A stretch of DNA of 64,000 nt. It comes from Thalia democratica (Eukaryota). Below are positions 12,752-27,200 of the stretch, one piece after another. How positions within the stretch are numbered: position 1 is the first letter of the stretch; each line of letters starts with the position of its first letter. The notes under the pieces are model-generated. The model did not search any database. It worked only from the letters and a program-made list of their open reading frames with translations, and was not told the origin of the DNA. The DNA is taken from contig OZ241834.1 of the NCBI GenBank assembly GCA_965202585.1, forward strand, positions 37,262,001 through 37,326,000, given 5' to 3'. Position numbers and translations under genes: made by a program.

Positions 12752-15700
12752 GTTTAAAATCAACATCAGTTTGTGTTGGTTATTTGTTGGTCCAAAACAA
12801 AGTCATTTTGATACTGTCATAGATCTGAAATGTAAGTATTCAATAAAATTTAGTGCCAGTTTATAAGCACTATACTGAATTATTTGAAATAACCTAATGA
12901 CCATCTTGAAAGCAATTTCAAATACTGCTTAATCCTTTAGTATAAAATATGTTAGAAGTTAAAAAAACTTCTGTGCAAAGTTTTTCTTTTAATTATAATA
13001 AATTATACTGAAAACTAGTTCGTAAGTTATTAAAGAATTAATAAGAGTTGAAAGTTGTTACTTTACAAACTTTAGTTATGTAAAAACTATGACTTAACAC
13101 TTTTATCTTTCAATTAAGTTATCATAGCACACAACTTTAAAGTATAAACAATTTTTAAGTTTTGTACAATACAAAAAAATTAAAGTTAACTAAAGAAATT
13201 AAAAAACATGAATGGAAACATGTTTCCTTTTTTAGATTGACAGCAAATTTTATTAACTTTACAGTAAACACTTTTTTGTAAATATAAAAAGAACAATTTT
13301 CCAATCAAATAAAACTTTGCCTTTTTAAACAGTATGTTGTTTACTCTTTTATAAACTTTAAAATTTATACTTTTATCTGTTTTTAGTTATGTTTCAAATA
13401 TTCTTATAAAGCTTAAAATAATAATTACCAATAAATTTTGTAAAAAATACAATAAAATTTATAATAACATAAAGCTCTGAAAAGTTTTTAAAGTTAACAG
13501 TACTTATATTAAACTAATATTAAATTGAAATATGCTTTAGAAAGTTGTTGTATCTTTTGTGAATAAGTTATAGTTTCTATTCTAAAGAAACTACAATTTG
13601 AACAATTGAATTTATTTAAAGAGCTTTACTTTTTGTAATTATTTAGTTGATAAGTAAACCTTTAATAGCATATGCAAAAAGTCTATTGTTAAATAAACAA
13701 CAGGGTTGCCAAAGGTTTTTTAACAAAATTTCAAGGTTTTTTGAATTTCTTATATGTTTTTAAAGAATAAGTATTCTGATCTATTTTTAGTAAAGAAGCT
13801 GATTTAAATAGTAAAAATACATTGGAAAGATGCTTAAAGCTACTTTAAATGTGTTTAAAAACATGTTTTTAAAATGATACAAATAAAATTTTATCTTTAT
13901 GACATGTTTTTTGTGTTTATCAGAATTTCTTTACATGTAAATCTAGTTTAAAATTTAAGCTGTTTTAGTGATTTTGTTCAAAATTCCAGGTTTTTGAAAA
14001 AACAAAAATAGTCGAACCTGGTTGCTATAGATTCAAAAACTAATTGTATGATTGACAGTAAAAATAATAATGTTGTTTATAAAAAAACTAGTAAATGTTT
14101 ATATTTAATAGTTACATCTAAAGATTAAGTGTGTGTAATTTGTTTGCAAAAATGATTTGTATTGTTAACTTTACATATTAAAAAAAAAATCATCAGTTTA
14201 ATGAAGATGTGAACTGCAGCAGTTAATCCAATAAATTAAATTAAACTAAACAATATTTTATATTCAATGTATAGATATTTCTCATTTTATTATGTAGTTA
14301 CAAAGAAATTATTATTTTTATTATCAATACTACAGTTAACTTGAATTTTTTTGAATATCAAGTTTTAAAGAACTTAAAATGCTCATAACTATTATTTTAT
14401 ATATAATTATTAAATAACTACTTAAATAATAGGTATTTTATAATTACTGGTTTATTTTTGAGTAAGCTACCTTAGTATTAAACTTATGATATTAACTTTA
14501 AGCTTATCTTTAAAAGCTTTGAGTTTTATTTTGAAAAGTTGTCAACATTTTATAAAAGTACAATTATAATTACACATTTTATAAATCTAAATGGATAGAT
14601 TTGTTCTCAGAGTTTTTTTAATTCTAATCATTTCATAAGCGCATGAAACACAAAGTTAAGTAATAAACCCTGAGTTTAAAATTGTCTCACTAATGTTTGT
14701 TCTTGCTCCTTTTTAGTAGAGCTTTTTCCTGGGGAAATAATAACCTATCAAGCTATAGCTATTAGATTTGTTCCTACATGTATTAAGCTTTAATTGTAAA
14801 GAAAATAATTACCTGTGTAAGTATGGATAGATATGTTTTCTTTAATGTAGTTTGGAATAAACACAAGCTCCATTGCTATCAGCCTCCAAATTCTAATTTC
14901 CTTCACTTTTTATACTGGTGAGACAAAAAGAATATAATCATTTTAGAATTGTTCTATATTCTCTGAACATAATCATTGAATTAGAATTAAATTATTGATC
15001 AATTTTATGTAGAAGTATTTTAAAAGATTTATCAATTTATTTAGCTTTATAAAAACTATCAATCTTAACAATTTAGATTACATTCTAGACAGCTTTGAAT
15101 GCATAACAATTGAAAAATAAATTTTATTTAATAACTAGTTCAGTATAGAGTTAAGTATAGAGATATAAAGAAAGACAACGTTGTTACTTAAAATACCTTC
15201 AATATATAACTCATATATACTTTTAAGCTGAGTAAAAGTTTGAACATAAACATTCATTAAGAGAGTAACTTCCCAACAATAATAACTCAACAGTAAACTG
15301 CAAAATAAAATTTATTCATTTAATTATTTACAGACTTCTACTTGTATTAACACAAGTCAAACACATAAACCTACTTTTAAAAGTTAATCATATAAAGAAG
15401 TATGTATAAAAACCTTAATATCTGTTTGTAGGTATAGATACCAAATGGAAAAGTCACAACAAAGTTTAAAAATAAATAAATAACTTGAATTTAAGATCAC
15501 CAGTAAACAATATTTTTAAACTTTTTTACTTATAATGATTTTATACTTTTCTGAGCTAATAATAAACCTATATGTTCATCAAAGGAAAGCTACTTAAGAA
15601 TGTTTATTGCCCTAAGTTTAGTACTTTATTAAGTGTATCAATCACTAATAAAAAACTATATTAAGTTCTCTATTGACTTGTACTAGTTATACTTTATCCT

Positions 15701-17872
15701 AAACTTTTTGAGTCTATTTCTATTATTATAACTTGATTTTTGGGTTCCTTTATATTCATGGCTACCAAATGAGCCAGAGTAACTGCCAACTCAATTTTAC
15801 GGTCCAGTAACTACGGTTCAACAAAATTGGATTTTTAAACAAAAATCAAAACTGCTCTAAATTTTTTAAAAAACAAAAACAAAACATTTTTATAAAAAGT
15901 AATAGATAACTTTGTAGTAAATGAATTTTCAAAATATAAAAACTAATATATTTTTTCGTATTTCTTTAAATCTTCGTGTACCGACATAATTTTATTTTTC
16001 TTCGACTCCAATGCTTAAACTTTTTTGTGCTCTAAAATGTAAAACTTTAGACTGTGAATTAATTTTACAACAGAAAAAAAGGAAACATTATATATTTAAA
16101 ATAAAGAATTCATAACACTCTTATATCACACTCCAATTTTTAACTACAAAAAAACGCAATTATGTTAAACTACGATTAGAAGCGAAGCAACTTTTAAACT
16201 ATTTGTATATCTAGCAGATATTTATACTAAAATAAGTTGAATTAGAGCTTTTATTTAAAAATTTAGTACCAAGAACTATCAAAACATAAACTTACAGACT
16301 AATGTTGTATATCAAGTATTTATTTCAGTACAGTTTGTTTCATAAGTTTTTTTTGGAAACTACATATATTGTATATAGTTTACTGAAAGAAAAAAATAAT
16401 GCTTTAAATAGTTTGGTCATAACACCTGGTGTACAAAAAACATTTTTAGTTATCCAGTAGCACACCATATGGATATCTTAATATCTTGTTCAGGAGAAGA
16501 CGTTAAAACATTTTGTTTCATTAATTTCTATTTTATTTCTTATACAGAAGCTATTGAAATAGTTTAATTTTAGCAAAATTCAGCACCTATTACGAACGTT
16601 TGACTTTAAGAAAAAGGCTTAATAATACTTAGGAGAAAGGAATAATAAATCTTGAGGAAATCTTAAAATAATTTAACAAATAAATCAGCAACTATCAATT
16701 TCTTAAAGGATAAGTTTTTTATCATTATTCAACTTAGTAATCAAAATAGAGAAAAAAGTATAGAACACCTTAGTTTTTCTTTTAAATAATAAAACAAAAA
16801 TAACTTTGATTGAGATAAGCTTAAGTTTTTAAAATATTTTATATGAAATTTTTATTCTGTACTTTAAGAATAAACTAATACTAAAGTATCTATATATATA
16901 TATAATTAAGTTTGTAAGGTAGCAAAGTTTTATAGTAAGTGAATTATTTTACGAAAAACTACATATGCAACAAAAAAGTAAGAAAATACTTTTAAATGTT
17001 GTGTTTTAAAAGCCTACATTACTTAAGACTCTATTGTCAGTCCTAAAAATCTAAAAGCTTTGACCAAGACTAAACATAAATAATAAAATTGCTTAGTTCT
17101 ATAACTTGTTTTTACGATAAATTAAACTATGAAAACTCGTAAAAATTAAACATAATAAATTTCAAGTACTGATAAGTGATAAATTTAAATATTAAACCAA
17201 GACTGCTTGTTAATTAACTAATTTGCTTCCAATATGCGAATTTTGTTTATTGGAATGTATTTGTATAAGTTTTATTTATTTGTTTAGTTTTTCATTATTT
17301 TCTTAGACTTAAAAGTAACTGAAAATAAATATAGATAATGCTTTAACAAAGTTTACTCATCCTGTAATCTTTAGTTGTACTAAGCACATAGAAAATCGGT
17401 TGAAGTTATATAATACCTTTATAAAGAATGAAAGCTAAGTATCAAAGTTATTTCGAATTCACCTAACAATTTAAGCTACAACAGTTCAAATGCGGTTGTT
17501 GTATTTACGATAAAAAGACTTATAACTAAGCTATTTAATTATCAAAATTATTATTATGAGAGCTCAAATTTTGAAAATTAATGAAACAACTTTTAAAACA
17601 AAAATTCAAAATCATCGGTTAAAAATACTACTATCTTAGTATAAACGATTGCAATAAAGATTGTTCAATTAAAGACGCTTAGGTAGAGACAAAACGAGAT
17701 TGTAATTTTTTAAATACAACAATCTAATTTATGTTAAGGATAAAAATCAAAATGAATAACTAAATAGTGAAAGTCCAAATTAATATAATGCAAATCTATT
17801 CAAAAATATAAATAAAAGAGTTTGTTAACGAAAATCCGAGCGAAACAAGTTCACTGAAATAAATAGTTATAA

Positions 17873-18114
17873 CAAATTAAACAGTACTTTTTTTGAAACT
17901 AACACATATTTCTGTGTGTTAACGGGTTAACACAATTTAATGGAGCTCTGTAAAAAATATATACTGTAAGATAAGAATAGCAAATATATATACCTACTTT
18001 AGATTATATTCTGCTTACAGTATTATTTTTTAAAGAGCTCCGTTGAAGTGTGTTAACCCGTTAAAACACAGAAAAATGTGATAGTGTAATATAAAAAGAA
18101 TACTGTTTAATTTG
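17873..18114. repeat. ~240-bp imperfect palindrome (foldback/MITE)
   Basis: The arms include tctgtgtgttaacgggttaacac...ggagctct and agagctcc...gtgttaacccgttaaaacacaga. Confidence 0.85.
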
Positions 18115-19689
18115 ATGATGCAAATAGTTGTTTTTTCGAGTTTAAGTTTTAACCAAAACTTTTTAATACGTTATTTTAAAACTTTGTGTAACTCAATTTT
18201 TTTTATAGATAATGTTCGTAAATAACTCTGTTTCGACTTTGCTTTGATAACATTTTAACTCTTAGTTTTTTGTATAATTTCAAAGTTATAAAATGTTAGA
18301 TTAAGAACTTTGATTCCTAGTAGGCGAAATAAAAATTATAGCGTTTGTATTGCTAACAGTTACATTTGAACTAGTTTCATTTTTATTTATGCAAAATTTA
18401 TAAAATAAGGTTATGCATTGTATTAATTATAACTACTTTTTCCAAGTTTGTTTACGGTATTTATTCCTTAAATACTCGATAATTTACCCAATCTAGTAGG
18501 AATGTCATAATCTAATAATATGTAATGTAACTTAAATTTTTGTTGAGAATAATATCTTGTTTATAAAGTCAAAAAACCAGTAAATTCTATCTTGTCATTA
18601 AGTAGTTGTTTGATTTGAAATTAAACTATTCCTACAAAAATTAAGTATTAAATCTATTATTTTTTGGTTAGTCGTATAAAAACTTAACTTTTTTTTTGTA
18701 AATTATTGTACCTAATTTAGGAGAAATTTAATTTCAAATGATGGACTGTAAAAATTTAAAATCTTATATTTTTCTAAAGTTTTTGAAAACTTAATTATTT
18801 TTTGTTATAATAGTTGTAATGTTAAATAAAGGTTTTTTGAAACATTAAAACAAAACTAATTTTATATTTAGTAGTTTTAGTTGATTCGTTATAATTTATA
18901 AAATTAAAGTCGCAGTTTAAGTTCTTGGATTTTGATTTTTTAAGTTTCTTTGAAATTTCTTTGTGCAAACAAAGATTTGTTTTTAATTTTAGTCTTTCGC
19001 TTTATAAAATAAAAATAATCAATAGCGGGATATATGACGTAAAAGAGCGCATTTTATTTGAAACTGTATTAAAATAATTGTTTTAAAAATATACAGTTTT
19101 CAAGTTTGTTTTTCAATAAAAGTTATCATTAAACTAATAAATAATTTTTTACGCAAAACAAGATATATAAAAAGTTTTTATAAATCAGACAACGTTTTGA
19201 CTGAACTGCAGCAATTGTTGTGAGTTATTATTTGTGTGGCAGTTTATTTATTTATATTAATCGTTTAAACAAATTTAATGTAAATGTATAAGCTGTTTTA
19301 AGTTCTATTTTACTAACAAATGTAGGAAACAATTACGCTTTTATTTATCTTCTTTCTTTTGTTTTTAATTCTTTATGATTTTTATGTCTTGTAGGTTTAG
19401 TCCAGATTGTGTTTGTTAGTAGTTTTAATTTTTTTAATTTGAATTTATGTTAGTGGGTGTTTACAAAGAAGTACATTTGTTCGCTTATGATGATTCATTC
19501 AACAAATGGTGCACGGACTAAACGCATACCTCCTAATCCTAACTAAAAAATTTGTGAATTACAAAAAAGCGACACCATGAAAGCTACAAAGCTATATCAG
19601 AATTTCCATGATTTTTAGAACTAGATATGGCTAACATTTAAAAAAATTGTAGTGGGTCGGTTCCCCGGCACTGTTGGAATACGATCTTC

Positions 19690-20477
19690 TAGTCGAGAAT
19701 CAAATAAGACCCTTTCGAGAACTACTGTGCCTCTTAAGTTTAGGACCTTCCGTTTTAGCCTAAATGCAAAATAAAACGCTTCTCTACAAGCTTAAGATTT
19801 CATTTTTTAATGATATGCGTACTTTTAGTCTGCGCCCTTTTTTAACGACCACCCTTGCCATCCCACCCAATTGCGTGATTTTCAAGCACTACAGCTTGAA
19901 TAAACAGTTTTGGAGTTAGTGCGGCTTTTAACACCAGACTTAGTCTTCAACGGATACTTTTTAAAAAGTTTAAATTTAGACATACCAATTGTAGAACTTC
20001 GCACGAGAGCAACTTTTATTTATCGTCATTACCTCCCGAGCCGGAAATGGGTAACTTACGGGCCTGATACCTTCCTTAGACATGGTAGCCGTTTCTAAGG
20101 CTCCCTCTCAGGGATCGAACTCTAATTCTTTATCAACCGTTACAATCTCTGTAGGTACTGAAAATAGTTTATACAGCAGTTACTTTAATGACATGTCGCC
20201 AGTACTAGGCTGTGCGATCCACAAGCTTATCCAGATTCTCCATTGTAACGACCCTTTTAGTTTTGGTCTGATAAATGCGCGCCTCATGTCAGTTCGGCGC
20301 TTTACGCATGTATTAACTCTAGAATTGCCACATTTACCAAGTAAAACTGTAAAATCAAATGAACCATAACTGATTTAGTAAGTCATTCGCAGTTTCACTG
20401 TATGTGAGCTCGTAGTTACACTTGCATGGCTTAATCTTTGAGACAAGCATATGACTACTGGCAGGATCAACCAGATA
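19690..20477 (-). pseudogene. 18S rRNA 5' fragment (pseudogene)
   Basis: The minus strand begins TATCTGGTTGATCCTGCCAGTAGTCATATGCTTGTCTCAAAGATTAAGCCATGC. It continues through GAGAGGGAGCCTTAGAAACGGCTACCA and a damaged GTGCCAGCAGCCGCGG motif (GTGTTAAAAGCCGCAC), then ends after the V4 region. Confidence 0.92.
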
Positions 20478-20600
20478 ACTATCCGAGAACGTTTAAACCC
20501 ATTGCTCGACTGAGCATTTTCAATGTAAATATTCAGTTTTACTATGACTTGGCTTAAAATCCTTGCTAACGTTACTGAAGGTCGGCACCGGCCTCTGCTA
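20478..20600 (-). other. Probable 5' ETS of the rDNA fragment
   Basis: GC-elevated sequence contiguous with the 18S 5' end. Confidence 0.5.
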
Positions 20601-22251
20601 TTTAAAGCTTTAAAGCGTTTTTTGTCTAATGAATGAACTTTCCCTAAAAGCAAGAAAAATATTTTCAATTTACCTAATGTCCTGTTTATGATTTTAAATG
20701 TCTTTTTAAATAGTTTGTAATTTATTTGTTACAATGTTAGGTGTTTATATAATTCAAGTTTTAATATATCGGAATTAGTTTTATGATAGTTAATTGTCGT
20801 TAAATAAAAAATAATTATGACATTTTTTATTTTGCAGAAAAAATATCAGTAAATGAATTAAATTTTTTTGTGTTGTTGTAATTGATTTTTGCTTAAGATT
20901 AGAAATTTTTGTACTTTTTTTAATTAAGCTGGAGAAGCTAGAAATGTCGCATTTTCAATTATTTAGTTTTACACAGCGACAGTTTAACTGGTTTAAATTA
21001 GAATAGTTTCACACATTTATTTAGTAGATAAAACTAAATATACGAGATAATAATTGTTTATCTTTGAAAATACAGGCTCATAATTCATCACAGTAATTTT
21101 TAATGCTAGGTTTAGATTTAAAAGTAAAATATATTTCATTTTGACAATGATGAATGAGTGTATATATGAGTTTAAAAGTGCTTTTAGTGAATTTTATTAC
21201 GCTATTCTAAAAAAAATGCCATTTAAAATAACAAAACATTGTTAATACAATAGATTTTTAAAATGATATTTTTATTTTATAAAGCCTTACAAGGAAATGC
21301 AAAAATATAACTATTCTAAGCTTGTAAACGAATAAAGATTTTATTATAATACTAAATTATAACATAAAACAAGATAAATACGCTATTTTACAACAGACAA
21401 GCTTTCGAAAAAGTTACAATATTTGTGGTGAGTTGTTATTTGTGCCAGTTTAGGTCTCTATGTAAGTCGTTTAAACTTAATAAAACATAAAAGTATAAGT
21501 AGTTTTAAATTGAGAAAAAATCTATGTTTTAACTAGTTTTCGTTCTTTTGTGGTATATTTTTTATGATTCTTACGGTTTGTAGTTTTGTAATGAAATATA
21601 CATTTCATTTTAAAATTTTAAAAGCGTGTGAATAAATACAGAATGTTTCGTAAAAATAAAACATTCGATAAGTTTTTCCAAAACAACATTAATATTCAAG
21701 GGAATTAATTTCATTCCGAATATATATCGGCTTTTGTCTTTTAAATACGCGTTAGTTGTTTTACTTACTTAAAGATGCTTCATTAATTAGTTTCGAGAAT
21801 CAAGAAAATGTCTACATCGCGGAGTTGATGTTAGTATTTTATATAACTTTACAATTGTTAATACTTTTTATAGATTTTATTTTTGTCGTGATTTAATAGT
21901 TTCTTTCTTCAGAACTAAGAATTATTATTTAAAATAAAGTAAATTGCATTTATTCAAAGTGTGTTTTATTCATAACTTAGAAATAAGTTTCGTAACTTTT
22001 TAAGCTACTCGTAAGTAAAGCAGTCGGTTTATAAGTTACTGGAGACCACGTAGTTAAGACATAAACATAAACTAGCAAAAAAATATAGCCTATTTGGTTA
22101 AAGTTTCAGTCTAGATTTTTGTTGTTAATAGTGTTAATTTTTAAAAATGAATTTTTAAGTAGTTGGTGATTAAATTTATGCAAGTGAAACTTAAGTAATA
22201 AAACAGATATTCATTTGCTTTTTGTATTTTGAGATAGTTTGTGTAATAGAG

Positions 22252-22410
22252 GGTACGCTGAATCAACGCAAACCTCCTAACTCAAAAATGTGTTATCTGC
22301 AAACAACCATAAAAATGTCAGAAATCATTGGTTTCTAGACCTCGCTATATGACTCTCGTTTGTCACAAAATATTAGGGATCGGTTCCTCGGAACTGCCGG
22401 AATAAAATGT
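22252..22410. repeat. Diverged dispersed repeat related to 19509-19686
   Basis: Shared blocks aacgcawacctcctaa and cggttccycggmactgyyggaata. Confidence 0.6.
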
Positions 22411-23608
22411 TCACGTCATTAACCGAAACGGTTTCTCCCACTGAGAACCACAGTTGTCATTTCAGCCAAAATTATATCCCCAAATGAAATAGTTTTTGAA
22501 AGAAAGCCGTGTATCAACATAATTTTTAATATCTAGCAGTACTAAACTTTACTTATTTTTTAATTTGATATAACACTAATAATGTATAAACCAACGCTTA
22601 AAATATTTTATCAGGGACTTGGTGTACGAAAAAACCTTTTGTAGGCCAGGATTTATACACCATTTGGATACCTTTTAACGTCTTGTCCACATCAATTAAC
22701 TCTGAAAGATTTAATTAAAGTAAACTAAGCATTTTAATCTTCTGATTAAAAAAATTGAAACAATGGCAACTCTACCGAAAACAAACATTTTGTTAAATTC
22801 TTACTTTAAAACTATTCCCTTTTTAACGTTATTGCGGAACAACACGTTTTACAAACTATTTGAACATTTAAATTTCAATCAAAACGTCCTTTTTTTCTGA
22901 CCAACTAACTTTGATATGATTTTAAATATTTCGTTTAAATATTAGTTGTTGCAACATTTAGTGTCAAATTATGCTAAAACTGTTATTTATCACATTGAAG
23001 TAGTAACTTTTCGGAACAAGTTTTTTGATAGTTTTAATTGTCATCAATTAAAACAATAATGTCGTAATTTATATTATACATCATGAAATATTAGTAAACA
23101 AATTATAGTAGCTTGTATTTTTATACTTGGTTTTTGCTTTAGGTTTAACAGCTTTATACTTTGTTGGAAATTCAATTTTCGGAATTATAAATGTTTTAGT
23201 TTCAGTAAAGTTGTATAAATTGTAATAGTTACGCTATTGGGAAATAAAACTACAATAAAAGGTATTATATATTGATTTTTTAAAGCACTGTTTAATAATT
23301 GTTTTTGATATTTTTCAGTGCCATGTTTTAGATTAACTACAAAGTAATTATTTCATAATTTATATATTGAAAACAAATTAAAACTTTGTAAGTAGTTGTG
23401 ATGAAAAAATTAGACTACTGATAAACAAATTTTTTACTATAAAAAGTTAAAACGTTTGTACTTAAATACATTTTCACAAAATTAATTATGTAAGAAAGCT
23501 TTGAAAAGACTACAATTAAAAAGAAATTATAACAATAGCTAAAATAAGTTATTAAAAATTAGTCGCAATGTCAAATTGTTGTTTTAAAAAACTCAAGTAT
23601 AATAGAAA

Positions 23609-24292
23609 GTACCAATTTAAGAGACACACATTCTAAGTTTAAAATTTATTCGCAGCGACGTTTCGACTTTACATCAGTCATTATCAACAAAATACTGTGC
23701 AAAATAACAATAAAGATTAGACACCCAATGAATTAAAATCCAACGTGGTCTATGAGTATAAATGCTCTTATGATAAGAGTATCCAGTATATTAAATTAAC
23801 TTCAAGACCATTAGTAGAAAGAGTTAAAGAACATTTAAAAGGCAAAACAGCTGTACCTGACATCATTAGCAATTGTAATGTTAGTAAAAATTGAAAAAAT
23901 AACTGTTAACAATTTTGGAATTTTGAAAGAGTGTAGAAATAAATTTGAGACCCTGATCAGTGAAGCTTTGCTAATTAAACGTTATAATCCAATTTTAAAC
24001 AAACAATTAACTAAGCTGGGTATTACCCATACACTAAGAATTTTTGACTAGTTAGATATATATTTGTTTAACAATGTGTAAATATTTATTTAACATGTTA
24101 TTTCATTGTAGTTTATAATTTCAATTTATAATTGTTTATAGATTGTATTATTTATATTTTTATATACTTAGTTATTTAACACTAATTTTTAGTTATTTTG
24201 CACAGTATTTTGTTGATAATGACTGATGTAAAGTCGAAACGTCGTCTGCGAATAAACTTAAACTTAGAATGTGTGTCTCTTTAAATTGGTAC
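23609..24292 (+). mobile_element. 5'-truncated Penelope-like retroelement: GIY-YIG endonuclease relic with inverted terminal repeat
   Basis: ~23720-24051 encodes SNVVYEYKC..QYIKLTSRPLVERVKEH / FGILKECRNKFETLISEALLIKRYNPILNKQ..TLRIFD (one frameshift). 23609-23707 is the reverse complement of 24190-24292. Confidence 0.85.
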
Positions 24293-27200
24293 ATATTTGA
24301 AGACTCCAGTATCCCCTCCTGTTTTTATAATAGAAAGTACTATTTTTTACAATCAACGAGTAAAATAGTCCATTTTAATTCTATTTTAAATTGTGTTTTC
24401 TAACATTTAAGTAGTCATTTTCAAAGTACAAAACAACTTTTTTAATGCTTTTTAGCTTGATAAGGATAGTGATGAGTATTTTTTTGTAATTTAAATTTTT
24501 TTATACTTCAAATCTACTAGGCAAGCATTATACAAGAAATTGAATTTTAATTAGGTCATAGACCATTTAATAAGGTCATTTATGTTTATTAAGAAAGTTT
24601 TTTTACTAGTTTATACTTAATAGGTAATTAGTAAGCTACTTAAATATTAAATTGTAAAATAGAATGTTACGCAGTTTTGTTTACATTAAAAAACTACACA
24701 ATTTATAGTTTTTCGTTGTTTATTATGCAAGTCAAACTTTTGCTTACCTCTTTTATTCGTGTGCATCCTTTTTTATTAGTTATTTTTGTTTTAATTTTCT
24801 ATAACCTGATATTTATAATTGTTTAAGAATTATCTTTAAAATAAATAATTACGATAATTTTAAGACCACCTTCAAATTTTACGTTCAAGTCTTATGGTTT
24901 ACTTGTAAAACACAAAACTAATCGTCTTAAAAAAAAACGTTCAAAGCTTATTAAAAAGATTGTTTAAAGAAAAATTATCATTACAAAAAGAATTTTCCGA
25001 AAGTTTCACTTATAAACGATTTCGCACAAATAATTTATTACTAATAGTCATTAACTTTTTAAAAGCTCTGTGACAATGATCCTTTTAATAATTTAACTAC
25101 TATCATATTAAATTTAAGTTTTTGATCATTTTTAAAAAAACTAAGCCACTGAACATATTTCTAAACCTATAATACGCTTATTAAATAGATGATTTAATTT
25201 AAGTTTAACTTTACGCTAAAAATAATTTCAAAGAAGCTTTTAAAGTTTATTAAACTTATAATTTAAAATTAAAGAAAAAGCCGCACATTATTACAATATA
25301 CTTAAAAAAAATAGTCACATTTGTTATCTTATAACTAAATATTTTCTAGAAATAATATTGTACCATTATTATCACGTTCAGACTGTTATTAAAAAGCGTA
25401 CTAATTTTTTTTTTGTATCTAGAAAAAATAACGTATTTTTACATAACTACATTATTTTCATATTGAAACAAAAACTGAAAAGAAAATTTGAAATTTTTAA
25501 GAACAAAAATAAATGCATTTTCTCATAATTATTTATGGGTGAAATTTTTCTCAACATTAACAAGCTTGAAGAATTTGTTTTAAAATTAGATAAAATACCG
25601 AAATGGTACATAAATATTTTGCAACAAATATTATGTTGCTTACTGTAGTTTAAACTAAAAAAATGTTTTTTTAAGTCGTAAACTAATTTAAATTTTCTAT
25701 TTAAAGATAATCAAAAAGTATTTTGAATATAAAATCTATTTTAATTTTGTTAATAAGCAATTCAAGTCGGTAAAACAATAAAATTGCTTAGTATTTCAGG
25801 TTTTTCAAAGTTTTTAACTTTAGTGCTAGAGTTAATCGAAAAGGTATTATATAATCAGTTTTCTATAAACTTGTTTGACCTACTTTAATCCCTAGAAATT
25901 AAAAAAATTGTAAAAAATTAATAAAAAATTATGAAATTTTTTAAACTATGTACGCATTAACACTCAAGCTGTGTTTTTTATTATCTGCAAACTATTAAAA
26001 AAAGTTTAATTCAGTGCATTTGTCAGTTCATATAAACAAAAAGTAGTAAACTAATTTAACATTATCAGCTATTTGTGTTCAAATTTCCTAGAACTACAAT
26101 TTTTTTTTTACAATCTTAATGTTTTACGGTTTAATTTGTTTTAAAGTTATACCACGATCAAACATTATTCTTATTTTTAAGAACTTTAACTGACTTAAAC
26201 CGTTTTTTTCTAAAGAAAAACGCTATGTTTTTTTATATTAAAAAATCATTGTTTGACTTAAAGATGGGCAGATTACGTTTTACAGGTCTAAACCAACATA
26301 ATTTCCTGTGATGTATGTATATTTTACTTATTAAATGAATTGTGCAACTAAAACAAAATTTAGATTCATGTAATAAACTTGCTATTAATTTGATATCTAC
26401 TACACATTGGTTCTTATTACGTTACATTATTCTTATAAATTTAGCACAGCAGGTTATAAAGTTTACCTACTTCGAACTAAAAAAACTTAGCAAATATTTT
26501 AAGCACTTTTAACAATATTCTTCCGTTAAAACTGTTAGAGAAGTTATAAAAAGTCGTTTTAAACTTTTGAATACGTAAATGCGATTTATCTTTAAAATAA
26601 TGCTTCTTAAATCGTTTTGCTTATGAAAGTAAACACTAGTGTATAATGCACTTCGTTTAAAATGATTTGATTTTAAACTAAATTGAAATTTTATGTATAT
26701 ATTTCAGGAAAAAAAAAATTTCAAATAGTTTATATTGCGATATTTAATTAAATTGCTCTCGATTTAAACAAAAAATTTAATAAAAACTGAACCACAAACA
26801 TGTATTTTGTTTTTAATTACTAAACACACTTGTTTGGTTAGATCAGAGGTCGGCAGCAATTTTAAAGTCAATATTTTTTTTTAAATATTGCAGTATCTTA
26901 ACTTTTGTTTAATTTGATAAAGTGTGTTTCTTTGCTAACTAAAATCAGCAATACTTTAGTCTTTTTAGAATACTTTGTTTAATCTGTTATACATCAAACT
27001 TTAAAGTTTTTGAATTACTTTTGCTCACTTCAAATCTTAAATAATCAACTCAAGTGTATGCAAAAATACTTAAATAATATACTTATATAAAGTTCTTAAA
27101 TAATTTTTAAATAAAGCAAAAAAATTGTTATTAACGATGCCTAAAATAACATAAAAGTACTTTAAACATCAACCTTTTTATATACTTATGTATAAAAGTT

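Noticed and set aside
14690-14930. Slightly GC-richer stretch with AG/GT sites suggesting an exon
   Set aside because: No consistent open frame or recognisable motif on either strand
19910-20668. ORFs 19910-20098, 20082-20369 and 20375-20668
   Set aside because: Chance frames across the 18S pseudogene and ETS
25780-25880. Peptide ISGFSK..IEKVLYNQF resembling a LINE reverse transcriptase
   Set aside because: Too short, and no downstream RT motifs were found
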